A stretch of DNA of 64,000 bases from Lingula anatina (Eukaryota; Animalia; Brachiopoda), in contig CM120641.1 in the NCBI GenBank assembly GCA_051362555.1, forward strand, positions 2,108,001 to 2,172,000, read 5' to 3'. Both the position numbers and the translations under genes were made by a program. Shown piece after piece: positions 1-13,532 of this stretch. The notes under the pieces are model-generated. The model saw nothing but the letters and a program-made list of their open reading frames with translations, was not told the origin of the DNA and searched no databases. The stretch's first letter is position 1; each line of letters starts with the position of its first letter.

Positions 1-1238
1 TAGTTAAGCTTGTTGTAATCAATAGTAAACTACCTTATAGCAGGCCCTTGACACTGTATGTTAAACTTTGGGGAAGAAAATCAATTTGGTATACAAAGGA
101 GTTGCCTTTTGTTAACATCCTAAGGGTAAAATTACAGTGAAATGTTTTATTCTCTTTTTAATGCCTTTCTTTGACCTTCCCAGAGGTCGAGGGGCAGTGC
201 TCTTGAGAGGTCCTACATGAATATTTAACCTGTAAAAATATGTATGTTATGTAGGCTGAGAGAGGAGTAGATAGTGTTCAAAGAAAGTTGGACAAATGGC
301 TAGGGTACCAGTTCAGCTGAATTGGTTCTGTTGACACTCATAGAAACCTGAACTGTCAATCATTTATGAGTGTGTTGAAAATGCACTCAAAAAAAGTAAT
401 AAAATATATAAGTATTATACTCATGACAATAAACCCAGTCATTGGTCCATTGTATCACTTTTGGAGAACAAATCTGTTGCTTTGTAGGTGAAAAGAAAGT
501 AACAAACAGCATGTTGTGGGGCTGGGACCCTTAAAAGCTCGAATTGCAAAGAAATGCCTGGATAAGCCTATATCTTACAGTTTTTGTTATGGAGTTAGTT
601 CAAAACACTTCTGTATTCAAAAAGGCAAAAGAAACAGCCCAATGCCTAATTGTTACCTTTTAATGTTTACACTCGTTGAATCAAGTTCTAGAAAATAGAT
701 TTCTATTTTCCTGTTTGTTTATGCAGAAGCATTGTAGATAAGAATCTACAGGTATTTTCAGTCTTTATTTTGAGAAAAAAGATCAAATTAGCAGTAAACT
801 GAGAAGGCTGTATTGAAGTGGAATACAAATATTGACCATGGTAAAATTTAACATCCAGAATTCGACATTAGACCGAGGCTGTAAATAAGAGAAAAATAGT
901 CAGGCAATGACCCTTTTTCTGAAAAAGTAAAATTTAAAGTATTTTTTAGTTTGTATCCTACAATTTATTTGTGCAATTTTTAATACATGGGATAACTTTC
1001 TTCCACTTAAAAAGCTCTGAAAACACATGCTCCTGAGTCAATGTCACCCAGGGTACTAGTAAGCCATCTCACAGAGCAGCTTATCTCTTGGCTAAGAGTT
1101 TGAAACATGCCATCAGAAAAGTACATCACTTCCAATAGTTTGGCTGCTCAAGGTATTCCTTACATGTTATGGATTTATGCCATACTGTTAAAGTAATAAG
1201 GTGTCCATTCATAAGCACTGAGAAGTGTGAGTGAAGGT

Positions 1239-1637
1239 GGCCGTGTTTCAACCAGGAACAACTTAAGTATAAAATACGTTGATGGGAATCACCTGGTGAC
1301 TGTGGGGTTTTTTTTCACTGAAAAGGAGTTTGGCTGAAAGTTAAACTATACTTGTAAATCAATGTTCAAGTTTACTTTAACCCAAGATAAGTCACTTGTT
1401 GTCCAAATGGATAAGATATAGCCCCTTACTGTAACAGGAAAAATATGACAAGTGTTTTGGACCAACAGTTAGTAGAAAGGCGCTATATCTTATCTATTTG
1501 GAGTACAAATTATTTAGCTTGGGTCCAAGTGAACGAAAACGTTGATCTAAAACTATATTCCAACTTTCAGCCAAAGCCCTTTCAGTGATGACAATCAACC
1601 CATTTTAAACATAGGTTGTTCCTGATTGAAACACCCC
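1239..1637. mobile_element. ~400-bp foldback MITE, almost fully palindromic, Harbinger-like ends
   Basis: Left arm gtgtttcaaccaggaacaac..tttggctgaaagtt..ccaaatggataagatatagc pairs with right arm gctatatcttatctatttgg..aactttcagccaaa..gttgttcctgattgaaacac. No clear TSD. Confidence 0.8.
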
Positions 1638-2025
1638 TTTTTCCATAACCGGAGGGGGGGGGGATGTTTTAGACCAATATAATAGTTATGATCAAGGGTT
1701 CAGCAGTGGATGATCCATTTTCTTAGCCTTAAAAGTCACGTCTTTACTCAAATTGAGTCAACCTTTCCAGGCATCACGATTAAGTCACCACAGACAATCA
1801 AAATAGAATACTCCTGTTCTCATAGGACAACATTCATAAGAACAGCATTTCTGGCACACTCTTATTGCAAAAAGGTTACCTCCAAGTCACACAGATTTTC
1901 TTATGTTTGCTAGTCTTGTATGAAGTCAGGCCATCTGGGGTGATGGGTTATGATGGTGAATAGTCTGCTGAGATTTGATATACCAAAGAAACACGTCCTA
2001 GCTATATTGGAAACACAATCAAGAG

Positions 2026-2221
2026 AGCTATGTTCACATCAGAAATAACCTAGGCCTGATGTGGACTTGACCTAGCTGAACTGGAAACACGACTACGGTC
2101 ACATTCAGAACAAATCCTCCTCAGATCAAATATGGTGGACCCTACATGAAAGCAAGACTGCCTAATCCTTTAATGGTCATGTTCACATCAGGATTAATTT
2201 GGACTTGATGTGAACACAGCT
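2026..2221. mobile_element. Degenerate MITE with TIRs agctatgttcacatcag / ttgatgtgaacacagct
   Basis: Terminal inverted repeat plus internal subterminal copies of gttcacatcag; a related fragment lies near 39390-39510. Confidence 0.65.
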
Positions 2222-5200
2222 TTCACTAACATGACCAGATTTAAAAATTATTAAAATACACGTGACAGAATTAAAGAGAAATTTAGATTAAAATTTTATA
2301 TGACTAATTTAGTCATCAGAGATTGTATTTCCATTCTAAGGAGAACTAAATGCAAACATGCCCTATTATTCTTCGTTATCTATTGATTTGTCTTTGAAAA
2401 GAAGGATTTGTAGTTTTCTCAGTTAGAATTATTATATCGTGTATTTTGACAGGCAAGTGTAAGACCTTTTGTCCGGTTGTGTTTGTCTTGAAATATCAAA
2501 AAAAATGTACGGCCGTACATATTATGTTTATGCAAATTTGCTACAGAACATGCCTGTCATTCAAATTATGAAAAAAAAACAGAAAAGAAATTTTTTGTTT
2601 GGGATGTTGAAAAAAAACTGAGAAATTGACAAAAGACATATACCACACTATTTGTAGATATATTTTACGGATTTGCGCATGAGAATCTTATTTTCTGAAT
2701 TTGTTGTCCAGCGCTCAGGAAGCATCTGATTAGCCAACCTTGTAAAGTGGGAGCAGCATCGCCATAGGTTACTGGGTAGATCATTTGCTAATGGAATATG
2801 GTATTCAAGGAGAGAAGCTTTTATCTGCATTGACGTTGGGCCTGATATTAATAGCTATTAAATTGGCTGCGTAGTGAAAGTCTATGGAAGATGTTCTTGT
2901 TGCTAGTGTTCCATAACACTTAGTGTTTGCTGGGAGAGAGCGTATCTCTCTGTGTGAAAGCTGCTTTGTTGAAAATCTCAGCGGAGAGTTGATGAAAACT
3001 GCAGGAGCTTTCATTAAGTAAGTTTCTCGCTCTTAATTATGAAAGGCACTTCATGCATTGTTTGGAGAAACTGACAACTCAGAAAGTAAAAACATAAAAA
3101 CAGTTATTAAATTAATTGACAATTTTCTTATGTATTAGTATGATTGATTTAAAACCTTATATGTTGCTGACACAGGCATAAGACCTCTGTTAAGTTACTG
3201 TGATTCACTGATTACATGTAAGCATATGTAACAGTTAGAATTAATTCAATAGAAGGATGTATGAAAGCCACAGTGTAGTGTATATGGATGGAGACAAAGA
3301 GTATTGATACCGAGTTTACCACCAGAGTGCGCTGGTGGAGCTGGGACCTATTAGATTTGACCCGTGGTCTGTTTCTTTCATAAATAGTTGTTGTTTATCT
3401 GCAAATGGTTCAGTCAAAGACTGGCTGGATAAATGTGCATGACATGACCTTTTATTGACCTCGGGTGTCTATTGAAACATGCAGGGTAATACCCAATGAT
3501 TAGACACCTCAGTCTCCATTGAATTTTTACCACACGGCAGATGCTTGTACCCTAAACACTTCAATTTTTAGCCAATTACTCCATCAATTTTCTCCTTTAT
3601 TTGAGAGAGTATCTGTCTTATTTATCAGTCACCTCCTTCTGCCACCTCTTCTCTTGTGCAGAAACCCCTTCTAACCTGCCCGTGCCTTTGAAAATGACAT
3701 AGTTGTGCTCTATTAGCATTAAAGCTGCTGCCTATTAGTTTAAAAATAACCAAACCTGATTAAGTTGAAAAGAGCTGTTGGTATTGTTACCTTAGCCTGT
3801 GTTTATTTTGCCAGTCTATATGTTGGTTTCACAGTTGGAAAAAGGTCTGATTCTTTGCATTTGGTGTTTTTTGTATCAACTAACATCGCTTATTATTTGT
3901 GCCCATCACGATCAGCTCACTGCCATAAAGGATTTGTAAAAGGTTTGATGTAATTATTCATAGAGCCAATCAGAGGGCATTTGCTCGATTGTATCACAAA
4001 TAGTAGATGTAGCAGGCTTTCACTTGAGGCGTTTTAAGAGCCTGTCTTTATTTACTTAAGTCTATGGTCTCTATTGTGCACATAGGCTCATACTTAAGTC
4101 AGTGAAGTGTATGTTAATGCCGCAGACAGGTTCCCTTTGCATATATACTGCTATAATACCAAGCTAGAGGTAGGTGTTCGCTGTGCTCTCCCTAATGTGA
4201 TATGATCGTGTGTTGCGGCTGAATGGCATTTAAAATTTCACTGTTTTTTTCCCTTGGTGGTTTCCGCAAATTCTCACTCACCTGGACAAAGAATACAGCT
4301 GCTAAGTAGTACAGTAGTAGAGGAGATGGTAGGAGGCTAGGCTGATGATTACCTTTGTGTAGTGTAGTGTGGAAAGATTAGATGCAGTCAGTCTAAGGAG
4401 AAAGAGAATAATGGGCTGGATTGCTTTGATTTATCAGTATCACTGGTGATTATCTGTGTCATCATTAGATAGCAGCGATATCGGCATTGTGAGTTACAAG
4501 TTACGGAGGATAAGTCCTGTTTGTTTATTGCGCATCCTCATGTTTGTCAATAACTTTGCTTGAAGATAGTTTAATATATTAGCCTGTTGATATGGTAATT
4601 ACATATATTATAGATATGTGTAATACTATGGGCTAGATTGTTTCTTTCTTTTTATTATACGTGTACGCCATCATACTGCAGTCAGTGAGGCTATAACAAA
4701 TTGATCCTAAATTACTTGAGCTATAATATAAATTACCATAATTTAATGCTGGTTTGATACTCAACGCCAGATTTTTATCAGCATCTATTTGTTTATGTGT
4801 TACTTGCTATTGTTAAAGATCCATGACCTGAAAGCATGTTTGTTTCTTTTGAAATATGTATAATTTTGGAACAATGTTCTTACTTAAAGGTGTGATTGCA
4901 TTATTTTTTATTTATGACTCTTATTTTATAAACTTGTAGTTCATGTAGGAGGTATCTAGTTTCATTTTGCAACTTGTGTTATTGATAAACAAAGTCATGT
5001 CATGTTTTCAAAATTGGCTTAATTGGTATCAGAAACAGTTACAGTCCAAACTAATACAGAAGAGGATACCTCATATTTATGAAACATCTTGCTAGGACTT
5101 TTCCAGTTTTTCTCACAGAAATCTGAAATGTGTCAGGCAGGCTTTTTGGAAGTTGAAATATTACTTGTTCGGGCAATACTCACAAAAAATGATTTTAAAG

Positions 5201-5574
5201 TTATAGTGTGTATTGGTTGTTATGAAAATTATAGCTTTTCGGAACTTGGTATAACTGTGTCATTTTGTTAAACTTAAATATCACAACAACCTTTTAACTC
5301 TGTTACTGGTATTATAATTTATTAATGTGGAATGAAGTTGTCTTGTAAGTCACAGGCATTTTGCCTGTGGGGAGAAATTACAGTAATTTTTAAGCACAAG
5401 GCATCCATCATATAATAACAGCATAATTTAAATAGAAAGCAAAATCTTACAGAGTATCTGTACTCAACAGCACACACACACACACACACACGCAGGCGCG
5501 CGCACATGCATGCACATGAATGCGTACACCAAATGAGATGGTCATATAATATATACAAGTATAGATCAAAGTTT

Positions 5575-5829
5575 CGCCACTTAGCGTAAAATTGGGCAAG
5601 ATTTGGAGGAGAGGGGTCAGAAATAATGGGAGACTAGTGACTACAGTCCAGCAACTAATAAAAGCTGCCAGAATTTATCCACAGATATATTTGTGGTTGC
5701 ATAGTTGTACATTTTCAGCATGTCTTTTGTGTTACTTTTGACTTTTGTGTAGCTTTCTTAAACGACATTTGCGAGGCATAGAGTTTTAACCGGATTGCTG
5801 AAAGGTTACAACTGCCTCACATGGATTCT
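5575..5829 (+). repeat. Dispersed repeat family E, copy 1 (unclassified decayed TE)
   Basis: Shared blocks gatttggaggagag..aaataatgg..aatttatccacagatat..ctcacatggattct recur at ~32065, ~38620 and, reversed, at ~53150. Boundaries approximate. Confidence 0.65.
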
Positions 5830-5845
5830 CTCACACGTTTTCTTA

Positions 5846-6087
5846 GACTGGGTTCTCATACTTAGATCGATCTAACAGGATCGATCCATCTCCGAGGGGG
5901 TTCTCGCTAAATTGCTTTCAGCTTAAACGGCTAAGATATCTGGCACACCTACTGAAACTGCTAAATGATAATTAATTATCCCCTAGCAGTTTCAGTAGGC
6001 ATGTCAGACATCTAAGCCCCTTAAGTTGATTGCTATTTGGACACAGATAGATCAACAGTTAGTGCAACAGGGTCTGGGAATGGTCCC
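5846..6087. mobile_element. PIF/Harbinger-type MITE family A, copy 1
   Basis: Flanked by TTA/TTA; subterminal tagatcgatcta; internal hairpin cctactgaaactgcta..gataattaattatc..tagcagtttcagtagg; homologous to 14495 and 18339. Confidence 0.85.
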
Positions 6088-6381
6088 TTAGTCTCCATTT
6101 CCGTTATTGCAGGTTGAACAGAACAACCTGATGGCAAATTCTGAGTATTTCTCAACTTGCTTCATACTAATCAAGTTGTGTCAAATGTGAATTTGAAAAA
6201 CAAAAACAGCTATACTGAAAGGTGTTAGAAAGGATACTTATACAGGAGACACCAGCTACTGGAAGCAACTTTAATGTACAGATTTACTCATGAATTTAAA
6301 CTGTGAATTTTTTTAAGTGTTGGAATCAGCTTAGCTGCTTGGTTGCATGTCTTCATATGCTTGTCAAATAAGGTGAATAGG

Positions 6382-6414
<33 letters not shown>

Positions 6415-9400
6415 GAGGGCCCTTCTTTTTTTTCCAAGAAAAAAGTTCAGTGCAGAGAGGTGAAGAAGCAAGAGGAAAGTAAGGAAGACTTGAAGTGCAA
6501 GGCTGAGGTTTCTTGTTTCAACACTAGTCTGAGATTTCATGGAAGGTTTTTTTTTTTTTTTTTTCTCCCCTTGCATTCTTGGTCAAAAGTCACTCTGCGG
6601 ATTTTTCCTTTTTGCAGATTATTTTTCTTTTTCTTAAGCTGATCTCACATCTGGAAAAGTCATCATGGACTAGGACATCAAATTGTTTTTGATTTGTGCA
6701 ACCGTAGCTCTTGGCCCTAGACAAAGTCACCTTGAATTGGTTATGATTTATCTTATGGTGGTATATCTACTATATTATGAATGCTTACTGTCCTCGAGCT
6801 ACGAGTTGCACATTTGTCAGCGGGAGCCGCATACAAGTGAAATGGGAAGTGGTTGAATTGGGAAATTACTCCATCTGTTGGAATGTGCTGGTGTTCCTGT
6901 CGGATTGCGTTTCAGCGCGCTGCAGAGCGTGTGTCGTGGCGTACTGTTGAACTGGGATTGGAGATGATGTGGTGTGCGTGAAATGCAAGACAAGATTTTT
7001 TTACTGCAACACAGTGTACTGTTCCTGAGTAAAACTGATCGTGTGCAAAGGCTGATATAAAACATTTGATATTTAATATGCAACAGAGACGACAAATAAA
7101 TACTATAATGACACGACATTGCATAAAAAACTAGGTTGTTTTATTGCATAAATAATAAATGGCTCACTGCTTAGATATAACCTGTTTTAACTTACATAAA
7201 AATATTATCTCAGCATGAAAGTTTTTTTTTGTTTTTTGTTTTTTTTTTTGTGTGTGTGTGTGTGTGTGAAAACTGATGTTATGTGGTTTTCTTGTCTTTT
7301 GTCTCAGTGCCTGTCATAATTTCTCTGAGTTTTTTATTTTTTCTTTTTGATATATTACAGGTAGAGCTGCATGAAGTGAAGTTAATGAGTACAGATTGGT
7401 GACATTCAGAAGAAGACAAAAGAAATAGTCATTTTTAACAAAGAAAGGTACAGAAGCAATTTTAGAATCAGTTTTTCCACACAATTATCTCCAGTTAATA
7501 ATGTATATTTCATTTTGCCTAGTTGGTGCAGTAAGAAATAAAGAAAATGATAAATTTTAGATAAAGTGGGTTACCTCCATCCTTTTGATGCAGTTATGAT
7601 TCCAGCTTCAGCACAATGCATTTTCACTAATGAGAATGCTCTGGCTGCACCGTGTGGAAGGCCACAATTATGAATTGCTGTGTGGGTTTTGGTTGTAAAA
7701 TATTATCATGTAATAATGCTGTAACAGTCAGTTTATGATGTGAGTAAAATGGCAGGTGTTGCACTTTTCACTTCAGGTCAATAACCAGTACAAGACAGCA
7801 GATTGAAAGATATTTAAAGGTAGGAATCCAGCCATGTTTTGTCAATCTGAAAAACCACTAATGTTTCCTGGTTTGGCCCCCCTCTTGCATCATTTCTGAA
7901 GCTGCTTTAGATTTGCTGCAAAATACAAATTATATCGTCATATCAATAGCAGTTTGGCAAGAACAAAATTATTCTAATTTGTATACATTTGTTTAGAAAA
8001 AAATAAAATGTTTGCAGCCATTTGAAATCATTTTACATGCAAGATGGAACTCGGGGTGGTTTTTTTACTCCTTTCCAATTTACCCAAGTATCTTTGTATG
8101 TATATATAGTTATTTTTATACTCTTCATTTTTTTTCTTCAACCAAGAATGTACTTCTCCCTCATTTGTTCTCCTCCCCCAATTTAAAATGTGTAAGCTAA
8201 AATGTCAGTGCTTTGCATGTATTGCTTGTGGTTCAGATTTCATTTATGAATGTCAGTCATCCTTTTCTCTGGATATATGTCTGCGCATAGTCTACCTATT
8301 TTTGATCATTTTTGTTGTGTAGGTTTCATGTTGCCGTCATGACTTCCTTCACTGAGGCATGTAAGAAAATACAGTATGTGTAGGTGTAAGGTTATAAAAG
8401 ATGTTTTTTCTTGTTATTTCATTGTAGAACAACTGTAAAATGTTTATGGCTTAATTGGTTAGAATTAAATTACTTTAAAAATGGCATATGTTTTGTTAAA
8501 GGGGATAGATATTTGATTCTCCTTGCCTGCTGAGCTTCAGTTACATGCCCTGTTCCATTTGTTTCCCATTTCTTTGACTATTAATGTTTTTGACAGTTGA
8601 AAACATTTTATGAATACAGGGGAAAAAAGCAAAGTGTTTGCAAATAAACGTACGTCACTTTTACCTCGCGTCACAGTTTGACGCCCTAATTTAAGACCAG
8701 GCCTTGGCAACTGCATCGAAAAAAAAAAACACTAAATGAATTCAAATTGCCTGAGTACAATATAAAGAAAAAAATTTGACAAATTCTTCACGGTTTACAC
8801 AGGGTAAAGTAGGTGACAGAAAGTAAATATGATTTTATTTGATGTAGCCTGGCTGACAAATGAAGACTAGTATGTAAATGTAACTATGTAATGCCTTGTG
8901 CACACATAGGGATAGTGTGCTATATGTACACAGGGACGCGGGGGTCTGGGTGCATGTCAATTAACCCAGCTGAATTGGGAATTCTACAGTATGTATCGGA
9001 ATTTTCCTGTCATACTTTTATCAAGTGAACATCCACAGGAAAGGGAAAAGGGGGAATATTCTTCTATGAGGAATAATACTTAAAAAATATCACCCCAAAA
9101 CTTGACATGGACTCTTTTATAAAAATGATTTTTTGATATCTTAAAGGGATAACAGCTCTTTATATGAGATTCAAAATTCCATAATAAATACCTTGTAAAC
9201 AACTCAAAAAATTATAAATTCCAATTTACCACCAAAACAGCAGTTATTACAATTATTCTGAAATCTGTGCTTGCCATCAGACCACGTGGACCTTCATAGA
9301 TCACTACACCTCCTTGGTGATTAAACACACTTAAAGAAGAAGAAAAAAAACAAAAAAAAAGTCAAAACGTTATTAACCATTGGTAAATGTGGGAAAATCA

Positions 9401-10602
9401 GTTTAAAGCAGTTTTCCCACCAAAATGAAGGGCTAATTATTGTCTTATTTTGAAAAAGTAACCAAGTGCTTGATGCAGATTTTCGTCGTAATTCAGAAAC
9501 TACTTCTGCAAAGAACAGAAGTCAGAGGTTGATTGCATTGTATCACGCAGAGACCTATCCTGTGAAAATTTCTGTATTGAAGTAGTATGTAATGAAGCCC
9601 TCCACAGCGTGTTGACACTATAATTCAGACACAACCAAGCAGTTTGTCAGAACCTGAAGGATAATTAATGATCAATTGATGAATGAAGAGTATATTTTAG
9701 GAAGTTCGTGAAGCTCATCTGTCATTAATGATTGGCTCTTACCTTTTGTGTTGTTCACAGAACACAATGGTATCTGATTCACAGCATTGTACATAATAGG
9801 CTTTGGTTTACTGCTTGATATTTTTACTAAGAAATGTAGGTAAAGAAAGAACAATTGCCAAATGGTCATTTTGTGCACAATGTTCAAGATTAGAAGGAAA
9901 AAATACAGACAGACAGACAGCTAAAAGTGTTATGTATATACTTAGAGAGAGTTGCAACATTCTGTCACTTAATGGTCCTTAATAGCAGAGAAACTAGAAT
10001 GGAGAACCTTTGTGTAAGAATAGTCCTGGCCTTTTTGTTTTACGTAGATCAAACTCTATATCAAATAAATGTTCAGATATAAAACTGATGCTGAGAAATC
10101 TCTTTTCGTACACAGTCGTTGGAGAATTTATAGTTATCTGCAGCTAATGATGTTGAAACAAGATGTCTCATATGAAATTCAAGATTTTTGGTGGAAACTG
10201 TGTGTAAATTGGATATCAATTACACCAAAGTTGTTAGCAGTGAAGAGCTAAACCTCATTTAGAAAGACACTAGAAAATGTCACTTTCTCAATTTTCAAGC
10301 AGAATTATGATTTCTTAGCAGAAATGCAGTTTTATTTTATTTTTTATCTTGATTACAGCACAAACATGAGTGAATACTTTTCAGGATTATGCCTTGTTTC
10401 AGGATTTTCAGTCTTCATTTTGATCCTTTTTTTCATATGGTCTAAATACATTGAGAAATTGCAGGCTACATCTGCAGGATTTTCACTTTTTACAACTGTC
10501 ACCCATGCACATATATTTAGCATGCTTGTAAACGGGCAGAATCTTCGATGATCAGTCTCAGATACCAGCAACATGTCCATTTGTAATGGTCTCTGTAGCT
10601 AA

Positions 10603-10817
10603 GGCTCTGTTCTCACAACTTTTAGATCGATCTATCACCGCGGGGAGTCTCACTAGATTACTGTCAGATAATCCCCCTTAAGTGTCCGTCCCCGCCTACT
10701 ACAAGCTTTAAGGGGAAATTAACTTTCGTGTCCGCCCGGCTGACAGCTATTTAGCGTGAACCCCCAGGGAGTTAGGTCGATCCAATGTAGGTCGATCTAA
10801 TCTATGAGAATGGGGTG
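10603..10817. mobile_element. PIF/Harbinger-type MITE family B
   Basis: TAA/TAA TSD; ends ggctctgttctca / tgagaatggggtg; tagatcgatcta subterminal motifs; closely similar to 25430-25643. Confidence 0.88.
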
Positions 10818-12584
10818 TAAGACATAATGAACCAGCTCTTCTAGTGGTTGGTAGGCCATATAATGTCCCAGTTATTTGATAGCAGTATTCTATGGTATTT
10901 TTCCACATAAAGGGCAGCATAATAACGTCCCTTGTCTCGATCACAAAAGTGTCTGTAACCCATAAGACCAGTAAATATTGTCACCAAATTTGTGAGTCAC
11001 TGGAGATGAAAGGTATCCCTCACTTGTTGGAGAGTTAATTGACCCACTTGTCTCCGAGTTAAGAATGGGACAGGACCTTTTGTTGCAATAAGCTGTCAAA
11101 TTTATGGGCCTCACGGGAATACTAGCATCTATGGGGCAGTGCCCCCTAAAACTTTTTCTAAAGCGTTGGAACTTCTTCAAGACTATAAAAATTGTCTAAA
11201 GATATGAAGTAAAATGTTTCTGTATAAATCACTGAAATAAAAAAGGAAGTTACTATGGTGGGCATGCAGAGTGGCAAGGCAAATAATCCGCATGTATTCT
11301 TGATTTAACGTGTTAATTTGCATGTAGCTATGTACGTAATTGTCTTATTTGAAGTGTCATCAAAATATGAGTGCAGAGGTCGTCCACTTTTGATTTGTGT
11401 GTGTGTGGGGGGGGGGGTATGTGTGTTGGGATATATTAAAGAAAAATGAAGGGATAGCAGTCAGACAAATAAATGGTGCAGACGCAGATAGATATGAACT
11501 CTAATTATATTGTTATAAGGAAATTGATTTAGTCTTGGCAAACACTTATAACAAAAATGAGTTTTCTTCCAAAACAATTGACGTAATTGATTAAAAAAAA
11601 TGATTGATAGAAAATTGATTAATAGAAAAGTGATTGCGTGCTTTGGTAGTTGTAGTTTCTAAATAAATTACTGATACTTCATTTGATGATTGTGTAGCAT
11701 CTTTTTAATGTGTGAATGATAAATAAAAAAGCAAACACATTTGCTGGTACTTGAGATAAGCAGAATAGACACATATATTAGAACAATGCAGAATCACTGT
11801 GAGACCGACAAGGAAATATGCAAGAAGCATGACTTGTAGAAGGACATTTGATTAAAACATGCAGGTGAGGAGATGCCAAAAATGATGAGATTGGCCTATT
11901 TTTTCCACCCTCAAAAGTGTTTTTCAGACATGCACAGATAACCCTGCAGATTTGTATTTGTGGACCCCTTTTCCTAAAAAAAGAAAGAAAAAATAAGATA
12001 GGAAAAAATGTCAAAATGTTTGTTAAAGGCTGAAAAATCAATCTACCATGAATCAGGATATGGATACAATTTGAAAAAAAAAACATCAAAGAATGAGAGA
12101 TATTTCTGAAAGCAGGTATCTGCAGTGACAACAGTCTGCTCTACCTTGTGTCTTTTCTTTTTGCAACTCATATAATTTATAAACTACAATCACTTCCTTT
12201 GTAATGTATAAGCTACAATCACTTCCTGTGTTTCAGATATTAGAGGTTATTCGAGTAATGTCTGTCTCAAATAATTGATTACTTTGGGTGTGGTAGTTAA
12301 TGAATGAATGACCACTAAATAATTAGTACTTTAAAAATATTCTATGAACTTCTTCAACTTGGAGGCTTTCCAAAGTGAAGTTTATGAATAAAAGTGATGG
12401 TGCATTGTGAGCACTCTTTTCTATGAAAGCTAATCCAGGACGACATTTGCTCTGCAGGAGAAGCGACTCAACACCCTTCACATGAGATGTATGCATCAGA
12501 TCCTTTCTGTCTGGTGGACTGACATGGTCACCAAGAACAGTGTTTTTAGGGTGGCAGGTATTCCATCACTATACACTGATCTAA

Positions 12585-12799
12585 GAAGCCATTCAGAATA
12601 GAAGATCTGAAGATCAACTGGTCCCACATGTCTGGTCGTATGGAGCCGAGATTTAATTACTGTGCCCCGATGATGCATGGGGAGGCATGTGAGAGGCAGA
12701 GAGACAGACCATTTTTTAGTGGTCTTCCTTTCATATAGGGTCCACCATATTTGAGCCTTGGACCAGTTGATACTCACATCTTCTACTTTGAATGGCCCC
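12585..12799. mobile_element. Degenerate Harbinger-type MITE nested in the RTE fragment
   Basis: TIR gccattcagaatagaagat / atcttctactttgaatggc, preceded by TAA; splits the RTE peptide between ..PSLYT and WLGHV. Confidence 0.7.
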
Positions 12800-13215
12800 C
12801 ATGACAAGGCAGGCTAAAGGTGATGGCTGGGGCATGTCCAGCGCTTGGAGGACAGCTGGATCCCAAAGGACCTCTTGTTCGGAGTGCTACAATTGGGGTC
12901 TAGAGCTGTTGTTCCACCAAAACTCCATTTTAGAGATGTCTGTGCGCGACATATGCTCCTGATTGATATGCCAACAGACAACTGGGATTCTCTTTCTGAG
13001 GACCGAAATGAAAGGAGGATCGTGTGTGGAGAGGGACTTGAAACTGGTGGCACGAAGTTGAACACTCAATTTGATGCAATGAGGGTGAAGAGGAAAGTGA
13101 AAACTCAACCAGTGCCATCAGCAACATATACCTGTAAAATCTGTCACCATGTTTGCCACCTCTAGGATTGGTTTGATCTGCAATAGAAAAAGTGATCGCA
13201 AGTGCGTTAAGCCAT

Positions 13216-13532
13216 CAGGCCTACCCAACTACCAGACTCGGCACCGAATGATCCGGAATTCACCGGTAGATCAGACCACACTACCTGTTTTCAAGGTGTG
13301 TGTCAGATCGCATTACACAGTATCATACCCTGAACAAATTTTGAGTGGTGATGCAATGCTTTTTAACCCCGCTGAGAATCGTCACTATCACATCGCGTAC
13401 TAGGCAAGAGCGGTGTCGTGTCTGATACTGTGTAATGCAATCTGACACACACCTTGAAAACGGGTAGTGTTGTCTGATCTACCGGTGAATTCCGGATCAT
13501 TCGGTGCCGAGTCTGGTAGTTGGGTAGGCCTG
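13216..13532. mobile_element. Young 317-bp non-autonomous DNA transposon with ~110-bp TIRs and 5-bp TSD GCCAT
   Basis: caggcctacccaactaccagactcggcaccgaatgatccggaattcaccggtagatcaga.. and its near-perfect reverse complement; GCCAT at 13211-13215 and 13533-13537. Confidence 0.92.

Noticed and set aside
4883-5298. Possible Kolobok-like TTAA-flanked element (also ~21225-21770)
   Set aside because: Termini too degenerate to define by eye.
7361-8360. Other possible UTR mini-exons (7361-7447, 8323-8360; also 23139-23193)
   Set aside because: Splice-like signals of this quality are common by chance in AT-rich introns; no independent support.
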